Source of the DNA: Adineta vaga
Lineage: Eukaryota; Animalia; Rotifera
Reading direction: 5' to 3'
Length of the DNA: 64,000 bases
NCBI GenBank assembly: GCA_021613535.1
Contig: CP075494.1
Location: 11,284,001 to 11,348,000, forward strand
Part shown: piece by piece, positions 52,145 through 64,000 of the stretch
How positions within the stretch are numbered: position 1 is the stretch's first letter
Layout of the letters: every line of letters begins with the position of its first letter
Made by a program: the position numbers and the translations under genes
The notes under the pieces: model-generated
Seen by the model: the letters and a program-made list of their open reading frames with translations, nothing else
Database searches by the model: none
What the model was told of the DNA's origin: nothing

Positions 52145-53716
52145 CGTAATATTCGACCCGTTGTTTTTCTTTCTCTATTTTTGTATATCTTTGAAACAAA
52201 AAAAAATTGTATCGTGTTTATTATGATTACATGACTGATATTCATACAGTATGACAAAGAATATAATCATACTCATCAATCATAAATCGATATATATATA
52301 TATATATAATATAAATACATCTGAGCAAGTTTATTTGATTGTATGATGTCATCTGTAGAGATGAGCAATTTGAAACATTATCATTTGATGAGGAGAAAAG
52401 AAGGCGTAAGTGAAAGATATGACAAAAAGAAAGTTTAAATGATTAGTGTCTGGATTAGAAATTATATAGTTAAAAAAGAGAAAACTGTCGTTTTATGCGC
52501 ACGAGTCGGTGCAAAAAAATACTGTTCAAGAAAAACGTCCTTATTTTGAATGGATTTTAATTGTTAAAATTTGACACGATAAAAGAATCACATTTACTAA
52601 GCAAAACAAATAAATAAATACGGGTCTTCAAATCTACATGCTCTGCTATAAAACCATATAAAACAAAAGTTGTATACGATGGTTTTATAGATATCATATA
52701 TATATATATAATTCATCTTCAAGATCATAAACATATTTAACATTGAAGGACATTTTGCAATATATTTTTGTAATCAAAATGAAAGTACTTTTTTCTTATT
52801 ATTCTTTGCCGAGAATATTTCCTACTTTTAACTATAATTTGTTCTATTTTTACATATATGTTCTCCTGTAAAATCGAACTCCTATTTCTATACATTGATT
52901 GTCATCTGAACAAACATGAAGAAACAGTTCCGAACTAAGGCGTGAGATACTGACATTGCAAAAAGGTAATGTACCGTAATTGACAAGAGTCAGGCAATAA
53001 TGTAAAAAGATTATCTCTATATATAGCTTGAAGTATTCTCAAAGTTATAAAAGAACTTTTGATGAATATTATAAGAAGGATTGAATTTTCCTGCAGCGAT
53101 GTTAATACTAGTCGAGTAAAAAATAGGTCAAGGTTAAAAGAAAAATTCTCCCTTAGCTCAACTAGTAACTAGCGGCCTCTAACAAATGAAAAGGTTTCAT
53201 TAAATTTTCAAATGAATAAAAATATATAAAAATTGATTTGAAAGAATTTGTTATTGTTAATTTTGATGTAAAAATCTAATTGGTATTCATTTATTTTAAT
53301 CATCAATCGAGTCTGTTACTATGGTGAAGTTCGCATCCATCAATTCTTCTTCGTCTTCTTCATCTTCATCTTATCGGTGTTTTTTTTTGTATTTCTTTGT
53401 CTTACAATTCTTTACTACTGGCTCGTACACATTGATTGCGTGAGAAGAACTCCTTCTCTCTCCCTCTCGTTTTCTTCATTCTTTTTATCCTCTACTTTTC
53501 TTTTTTTTTCTTCTCTCATTGGATTTTACTCGCATTTTGTTTCGTCTGATTTCTACTTCAGACATTTTCAGATGAGAAGACAATTCACAGGTATCTTTTC
53601 CAATTGAAAACTTTCTTGTTACTTTCTTTTAGATTCATGTAAATTCTTTTTATGTTACACACAGACATCAATAAGATTGGATGTGTGTAGATTATTTTTG
53701 AAAGACAAGCAAAAAT

Positions 53717-56700
53717 ATGCGTTCTGGCATTGTGCCCATGTTTTCCCATGACGAAAAAATCAGTGTAAGTTTAAGTTTTGATTTCTTTTAAATCGCCTTT
53801 TTTTCGACTGATTATTCACCTCGAGTTTTTATCTCAATATGATAATCGCTTTCCTCTCCAAAGAAACAAAAGAAGTGTGAACTTTTGGCTTGAAGAGGTG
53901 AGCATATGTGTAAACGAAATTCGAGATATTTGTGTTTATATACGTAATGATGTGGTAATGGTATTGGCGATGGCGGTTTTGCTTTCTCCTTCTTTCTACC
54001 AACACTCCATTCAAGTGGCCATCACTAAGCGGAGAAACGAAATTTCTTCTTCTTTTTTTTTTTTCGATTTCGAACTACACATTTAGGTCTTCTTTGTGCT
54101 CGCGCATACATATAGATGTAACTAGTTGATGAGATGACGTAAAAATTCTTCTTGGGAAAATGAGAAAGAAGGTTTCGTTCAAGATTGAGCACGCACGAAC
54201 AAGCTAACTCTATAGTGTTGGCGTGACTACAGCGATCGTACAGAACAAAAGAAAAAGAAAAGACCCACATCACAACTCAGTTCTTTTTTTATGACTTGTT
54301 CTTCATTTAACGATCATATTTCAATGGTCAACGCATATATGAGTATGTGCATACATATGTATATAAAGCAATAATGATTATCAGGACGTGAGATTTCTTT
54401 TTTTTCTTCTCCTTCTTCTTCTTCTTCTTCTTCTTAAACTTGTAAGCAGAGAAAGAATTCTCATCTCTTCTTACACATAGTATATACATGCCGTAAGGTT
54501 TGTCGAGTATCAATTATTCAAAACTTACACGTTATACAATGCAAATTTTTTGTATTGAATAACGAATAGAAGTAGAAGAAGTAAAGAATTCAATTAAAAT
54601 AAACCATTCTTACAAATAACAAATCTTGTCAACAAAAACCATTGATTGAACAAGATGTAGAAACGATCAGATTTAAAGACAAGAGAATTGCTTTGATTAC
54701 TTGAAAATTTCGTTATTTTAACAAAACTATTTACAAGGTTATGAAGTAAGGTACTTTAAATCCTATTTGTAGATGAAGAATCGATGCAGCTGTTGAACAT
54801 CGGATGAAATTTCAAGGTTATATTTGTTGAGCATGTTTTTCGTTCACGCTTAATGTGTAAAGTTCAGTATCGAAGGTTTCTAATTCTTTCATTTGATAGA
54901 TTGACCTCGACACCTGTAAATTAAAATTTGTCATAAAACCGTATTAAGTTTGATGCTTTTATAAGTTTTCACGTTTGATTATCTTCGTAAACTAAACTTG
55001 TTGATTTTTATCAATGTATAAAGAACAAGTCAAGTCATTCGTCATCTAATGTCTTCTGCTTCAACGATTGAGTCGTTTGAACAGGATATAAGATTTAAAA
55101 TGTAGAAGGAAATCATCTTTTCTTTTCTGATGGATGAATTCAACTGAATAGCAAAGTCAACTCTATGAATGTCATTATTTTAGCACTATGATGTATCTCA
55201 TATACTTGGGAAAGGTGGTTTTGCTACTGTACATGCTGCACGACGGAAGTCAGATGATCTTCTTGTTGCCTGTAAGATGGTAAGATATACGTTTTCTTTT
55301 CTTTTTCAAAACAAATCGATTAACATAAATTCATTGAAGATCGATCGAAAAAAACTTGAACAAGAAAATGGTCATTATTTTCCATCGTATCCAACTCATC
55401 GTCATCCTATACCAAGTTCGCGTTCGACATCCATGCTCGATCGATTAAATGCTGAAATAACTATTCATCATCAAGTTAAACATCCGAACATAGTCGAATT
55501 ATTGAATTGTTTTTGTGATGATAAATATGTTTATTTAATTCTCGAATTATGTTCGAATGGTGATCTTGAACATTATCTTCAAGAGAAGAAAACTTTAAGT
55601 GAACATGAAAGTATGAAATAGAATGAAAAAAAACGAAATAATTTCTTCTTTATATATGATTAGCTCGAAATATCTGTAAGCAAGTGGTCGAAGGTATGGT
55701 CTATTTACATAGTCATGGAATTATTCATCGAGATATCAAATTATCTAATTTACTTTTAACTGATACATTCGATGTTGTAAGTGAAAAAAAACAAATTTAA
55801 AAAGAAAAAGACAGAAATGTAAGAACGTATTTTGTAGAAAATTGCCGATTTTGGTCTTGCAAAAAAATTACCATTAACACGTGAACAAACGAATGAAACC
55901 ATGTGTGGAACACCAAATTATATATCACCGTAATAGACAATTTATTATCAATTCTTTTCCTCATCTCTTCATATTCTTATAGAGAAATAGCCAGTCGACA
56001 TCCTCATAGTTTTGCAACTGATGTATGGTCATTAGGAATTCTTATTGTTACATTATTAATAGGACGTCCACCATTCGATACAGATAGTATGTATTGTTTA
56101 TTCCTATGAAATTATTCTAGTGTATTTACTTTTTTTTTCTATTTAAGCTGTTCATGAAACATTAAGTAAAGTAACACAAGAGAAATATGAATTACCAACG
56201 ACATTCAGTGAAGAAGCTCAAGATCTTGTTAATAGTATACTAAGAAAACGACCAGAAGATCGTCCAACACTCATAGGTTAGTTTGAATATATTCAAAAAT
56301 ATAAAATTTCAATGATTTTATCTTAGAAATTCGAGATCATCCATTCTTCTCTAAAGATTATTCACGCTCATCTCATTCGTATAACGATTCGAATAGCTAT
56401 CAAAAGTTATCTTCGGTAGGATCACATCAATTCAAATATATTAACGTTTATATTGTTGTAGTTGGGTCCAAATGCATCTGTTGATAGTGGATTAGGAGTA
56501 TCTATGGGACGACAACGATCCGTATTGAACAGTACATCGACAACGAATGGTAATTATGCTGCCCATCATTATTCGTAAGTTGATAAAACCATATATGTAT
56601 TCTTTTGAAAAGAATATATTGAGAAGAAAGTAAAACGCGTTTGTTTTCGTTTAGATCCGATCCTGTCACTTCTCCAACATCATCTCATCATCCTGCACCA

Positions 56701-59017
56701 ATTTATATGAATCATATTACACGTTCGAAAACTCCACATGAAGTTTTTGTATATCCCGTTTCAACTTCTACACCAGCTCAACAACAACAGCAACAACAAC
56801 AACCAATTCATGCTCGACAAAGGTACTTTTCTTCTTCGATATCATTCTCTTTTTAATTTCGATTGTTTTCAGTCCATCATTTAATGCCCATTCAAATCTA
56901 AACGATTGGCTTAGTAATGGATCACATAGTGTCAATGATCCACGTCCCGATAGTGCAACATCATCTGTATTATCTCGAGATAGTGGTGTGGCTCGATCAG
57001 ATCCAAAATCATCACGTGATTTTAGTGCAAAATCTGAAACAAGTTCTAAAGCGTCTCATACAAATAATAGTAAGTATTTATGTGATTTTTCTCTCTTTTA
57101 GCATGAATAGAATTAGAAGAGAGTTATCAGTTTTCTGACCACTCATTTTTTTAATTAACTGTAGTGCGTAATGGATTACCATCCTTATCATCATCAAACA
57201 CAATTCAACGTTTATTGCAACAGCAACAACATCATCCTTCTCAACAAATGTCGTCCAATTTCGATTCAAATACTGAACAGATTCGTGAAAAACTCCAACC
57301 ATTGAATACTCAACGATTGAAAATGCTTCGCCAAGCAACAAAATCATTCATTGTAAGTTAAGAAAATATTGATTTTCGTCTATTGTCAAACTGATTTAGA
57401 TGAGTATTATGGAAAATGGTGAAGTTGTACTTGAAACAATGAGAACCAAAGGTACAAAACGACGTATTGTTGATGTATTTCGTGTATCAAATGATGGCTT
57501 ACGTATCATAACTTATACGCCAAACAGTCGTCATGGTTCACCTATTGGTGATCATCCTCCACCAATACCACGTGATAAAAATGCTTATCAAGAATATGAA
57601 TTCAATCAGTTACCATCTGAGTATTGGAAAAAATATCTCTATGCACACAAGTACGTCTTCATTCATCTGAATCTTCTCATTTTTCTTCTTCTCTTGTTTT
57701 ATAGATTCGTCACTTTAGTTCGTTCACGAATGGCAAAAATTATTCTCTATACACCTGAAGCAAAATGTTCGTTGATGGAAACAGGTGTAGATTTTGAAGC
57801 AGTATTTCTTTGTGGAGTGAAAATCTCTATCTATCGAGAAAATTTCAAATATGATGATCCATTAAAGATTAAAATTATCAATAATATTGATAAATCTGAG
57901 TCTTTATTGGATTTTGATCGTGTTGCTACTCCAAACATCTCAGCCGTCGAACATTTCAGTCCTGAAATACGACAAATGCTTGATAGTGCACTTACAGTAT
58001 GTTGAAAAGAATCTTTGTTCTGGAAGAAAACTAAAACTTCGTTGATTTGTTTAGTTTTATTCATTTTGTTTATCAAAAGATCAAATTCTCGAGGAAAATC
58101 AACGACAATTTCCGTCCATTCAAACTTTTCCCGTTCAATTTGGAAAAAAACATGCTCAACAACCTGATCACAATCGACCAGGTAAGCTTCATTTTAAACT
58201 TACCATGAGACAAATCTCTATAATATATATATATCTTTTTCTTCTAATCATAGGTTCTGCTTGCTCAATTGGTCGTTCTCTTTCTCAACAATTCGGTGGT
58301 TCATCATCTACCGTTAATGAATTATGTATTGCACCATCGACATCAGTTGGTACACCATTATCAATGACATCTAATCGACGTATATTTGCATCTGATACCG
58401 ATGTTCGAGGAACTAAAAACTCTCTATCTACAGCTGCAAGTCCTATGTCTTCATCAACAAGTATTGCAAATAGTAATGTGCATCATTCAACTTCATCATC
58501 AACATTACGTACAGCTGGTTATCATCATCAACATCAAGTTTCTTATACTCCTCAAGCTACAACATCATCTCGTCCACTTTCTGTTCATCCTCAACAGATA
58601 ACTTCTCCATCCTATATGCCCGAGCATATGTCAACACGTCAAACAACAGCACCACCACCACCATCGACAAATATTAATCATCATTATACATCATCTACAT
58701 CATTAAATTCAACGGCTAGTGGTGGAACAATCACAAATACAAATAATCCAACAATGCTGTCTACAAATGGTTTAGCAATTAAATCAATTAATTCATTATT
58801 AAAAGGTACTTATCGTGTGACATTTAGCGATAATAGTGCGATGATTCTTCGAGCCGATTGTACGGATGGACAGATGTTTATTGATACACAAGGTAAACAT
58901 TATTTATTTGATCGACGACAACAACATCAATCGGAAGCAATTCAAGAGCGCTTAGCACTCATGCAACAAGATCATTCTACCGATGTAGAATATCCTACCT
59001 CACAGCAACAGCAGTGA
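53717..59017 (+). CDS. PLK4: Polo-like kinase 4 (Sak)
   Basis: Exon 1 [16 protein letters not shown] splices (phase 0) to [14 protein letters not shown]. It has [28 protein letters not shown] degron-like motifs, the cryptic polo box [41 protein letters not shown], and a PB3-like C-terminus. Confidence 0.93.
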
Positions 59018-59606
59018 ACTATTTTGACTGACATTTTTGTTTGTTTCTTTTCTTTCGTTTTGCTAAAAAGCAAAAATGTTATTATATTTTTTCTTCTCCT
59101 CTGAATTTATACACTCTCTTAATAATAACAAAATGTTTTCATTATTATTATTGTTCTTATTCTCTGAATACACATGCGCAGACCTATATGCAACGCGATT
59201 GAAATTTCTCTGAATATCACATGTATTTTTTGAGCACTTTTTGCGATATACATATGTATGTGTGAACTTGAGCTAGAATAGAACATTGTTTGCGTTTTCT
59301 TCTTACAATTTCTTGCTGAGTGTAGGATTTTTTCTATATTTTGTTTTTCTTTTATTATTATTTGGGTTTGTTCTCATTCGCTGTATTTTTGTCGGCTTTT
59401 CTTCCAAGAAAACAAAAAAAACAACAACAGAATTTATACACTATTACATATATTTCGATCATAATTTAACATATGGTAGACTGTTTTAGCCAGAAATGGC
59501 ATAGAATTTCAAGTAAAAAAAGATATAAACGAAAACTTATCGATTTTTATTTTAAGAAAACTAAGCAAAACCATTATAAAATGAAATCTAGAGAACTAAA
59601 TTTTCT

Positions 59607-61819
<2,213 letters not shown>

Positions 61820-62205
61820 TGTAAAACACAATGATGTTGATGTTATAACCAGGTGCATCGAAAGATTTTTCTTGACATTTTATTTTGTTATTTATTCTAT
61901 GTTCTTATATTTTTTGTTTTCATTCGGTGCAAAATACCAAACAGTGATTGGTTTTCTCATGTAAAGTATAAAAACCGATCATGCTTGAATTATTTCACTG
62001 ATATATTTTGATCCATTGCAATCTCAATGACTTTTCAAATTTCATTTGATATAAATTAAATCAGAGAGCTGCGTGCATCTTCAGTTTTTTATACGAAAGA
62101 AAAGTCTTTCAATGAGAAATGTTTTATCATTAACAATGTATTATATTGTTTGTTTCTTTATTTTGTTCAAAACTAACAACTAAGAAGATGGAGAAATGAC
62201 TTCGA

Positions 62206-63375
62206 TTATTCTTTATCAATAACATTTAAAACTTCATAACAAGCACCCATTGTATGATAATCTGTTTTTCCTGCTGGTGATTTTTCATCGGAATACTTCT
62301 CATTTGTTCGTGTTAAAATTCGATACCAAGCACCATATTTATGATCAACAAAATATTTCCAACTATATTGCCAAATTTTATCATACCATTGCCAATATTT
62401 GTCATCCTTTAATTTATCTGCAAGAAGTGCAGCTGTTGCAAAACTTTCTGCTTGTACCCAAAAATATTTATCACCATCATATAGATTTCCTTCAGTATCG
62501 TAACCATAAACTAAACCACCATTGATTTCATCCCAACCATACTTCATTGCACGATCAAATAATCGAACAGCACGTTCAACATGCCATGGTTGAGGATCAT
62601 GCCGATCAAGTATTAATAGAAGTTTTGCCCATTCAGCTTGATGACCAGTTTGAATTCCCCATGGACGAAATATATTGGTTCGAACATCTTTATTATATTC
62701 AAAATTTGGTGTCCAATCCAGATTGAAATGTTCGAAGACTTGATAATGTAATTCTTTTGAACTAGCTGTCATATTTTCAGCTAAAGTTTTTGCTCTTTCT
62801 AAATAAAGTGCATCCTTCGTGGCTTCATATGCAGCTAGCATTGCTTCACATGAATGCATATTATCATTTTGACCGCGATAATCATTTAATTTCCAATCAC
62901 CTGTTGCTTCACTTGCATATAAACCTTTATCTTTTAACCAAAAATGTTCTTCCATAACATTATATGTTTCACGAATCCATTCTCGAGCTTCTTCAATACC
63001 AACACGTAATGCACATGCATATGCTAAGACAACAAAAGCTAAACCATAACAATGATTCGTATCATCACTAACTTCTCCATCATAAATAACCCAAGCATAA
63101 CCACCAGTTTGAGGATTACGATGAACTTTACGAAGATGTTCTATACCATGACGTGTACGTTGAAGATAATCAGCTGTACCAAAATTAATATAAGCCATTG
63201 CATAATTATAGATAAAACGTGTTGATGATACTAAATGACGTGTGTGGGGATCATACACGGTTCCATCATCTTTATAGAATTGATAAAAGCCACCTTTGGA
63301 ATCAACAGATTGATCATAGAAATTCAATGTGCGTTGAACATGAGCTAATAAAAATGAACGACTATGAAAATTCAT
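62206..63375 (-). CDS. AGE-family epimerase/isomerase (bacterial YihS / D-mannose isomerase type), intronless, probable HGT
   Basis: 389-aa single ORF with RHLVSSTRF, NHCYGLAF, YRGQNDNMHSCEA, RPWGIQTGHQAEWAKLL, KYFWVQAE and EKSPAGKTDYHTMGAC. Confidence 0.93.
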   Translation of the reverse strand: MNFHSRSFLLAHVQRTLNFYDQSVDSKGGFYQFYKDDGTVYDPHTRHLVSSTRFIYNYAMAYINFGTADYLQRTRHGIEHLRKVHRNPQTGGYAWVIYDGEVSDDTNHCYGLAFVVLAYACALRVGIEEAREWIRETYNVMEEHFWLKDKGLYASEATGDWKLNDYRGQNDNMHSCEAMLAAYEATKDALYLERAKTLAENMTASSKELHYQVFEHFNLDWTPNFEYNKDVRTNIFRPWGIQTGHQAEWAKLLLILDRHDPQPWHVERAVRLFDRAMKYGWDEINGGLVYGYDTEGNLYDGDKYFWVQAESFATAALLADKLKDDKYWQWYDKIWQYSWKYFVDHKYGAWYRILTRTNEKYSDEKSPAGKTDYHTMGACYEVLNVIDKE

Positions 63376-64000
63376 TTTCTTTGAGACGACGCTTTTCTAA
63401 AATGAAAATATTTCATTGCATACTATAGTAACCATATATTTATCTATCTGTGAGTTCAGTCAAAATTCATTTCATCAATTGTTAAATTTTACCATACAAA
63501 CAAATATATACGAAAACGTTGTTATGTTCATCAAGTCTCCCAGCATCCATTGTTATGAAATATATTGCTTTCTGCAATAGAATATTTTGATTAAAAAAAA
63601 CTCAAGAAATGCGCCTGTATCTATCCTTTTAACAATGTAACTTATAGAGCATAAATGTATGTCAGATAAGATAAAACAAGAAACGTGTAAAAATGACAAT
63701 CTTCATATACACATGCCAAAAAATTTCACCTGTTATCGACGTATCGAAACGTCTTCCTTTTAATTCGTTTTTAAACGTATTTAAAAATCTGAAACATTCC
63801 CTCGTTTTCTTCTTTCCTAGAGGCTGAAAGAAAGAAAAAAAGAAAGAAAGAAAAAAGAAAAGAAAAGAAAATGTCTACACTTTGAATACATACAGAAGTC
63901 AAAATAATCATCACGTGTATTGTCTGTCGACAGTGACGTCTTTCTTTCATACCATAGATTATCACTACTAAATAACCTATGGGAAATTTATTTCGAAAAC

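Noticed and set aside
53145-53215. tRNA-like start (CCCTTAGCTCAACTAGTAACTAGCGG)
   Set aside because: It resembles an A-box/D-arm, but there is no TTCRA T-loop or closing acceptor stem. At best a relic.
53377-54513. Several 60-100 aa Phe- or Lys-rich ORFs (also 15241, 24895, 35432, 49039, 59286)
   Set aside because: They derive from T/A-rich UTR, promoter or intron sequence and show no domain features.
55049-55105. Alternative PLK4 start MSSASTIE
   Set aside because: No phase-0 GT donor joins it to the kinase exon. The exon at 53717-53764 splices cleanly and matches the PLK4 N-terminus.

Overview
This is an AT-rich, gene-dense eukaryotic (metazoan) window with many short GT-AG introns, mostly about 45-70 nt. 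The gene style, the F-box/LRR and intronless GPCR families, and the bacterial-type genes suggest a bdelloid rotifer (Adineta/Rotaria-like); this is an inference. I rebuilt about 25 protein-coding genes by hand-splicing. In order they are: NSE4, a coiled-coil gene, ATF7IP/Windei, an AA15 LPMO, a tau/MAP2-like protein, a PIN/NYN-C2H2 protein (with a decayed paralog near the window start), a PKD2-like channel, a small zinc protein, a Q-rich protein, HTATIP2, GLE1, an F-box/LRR protein, a neuropeptide precursor, a neuronal calcium sensor, a PKA-like pseudokinase, Meis, two acetyl-CoA hydrolase/CoA-transferase copies flanking a GPCR, a glypican, PLK4, an ALDH1/2 and an intronless bacterial-type AGE-family mannose isomerase. 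The most notable observations are: (1) an uncharacterised PIN-like nuclease with two zinc fingers, plus its pseudogene; (2) two probable horizontally acquired enzymes; (3) an apparent gene-conversion tract between the CoA-transferase duplicates; (4) an operon-like or chimeric HTATIP2-GLE1 junction; (5) a PKA-like pseudokinase; (6) a candidate FGNTKY-amide neuropeptide. I found no rRNA, intact tRNA, CRISPR array or intact transposon. Coordinates of spliced genes run from first to last codon and were derived by eye.
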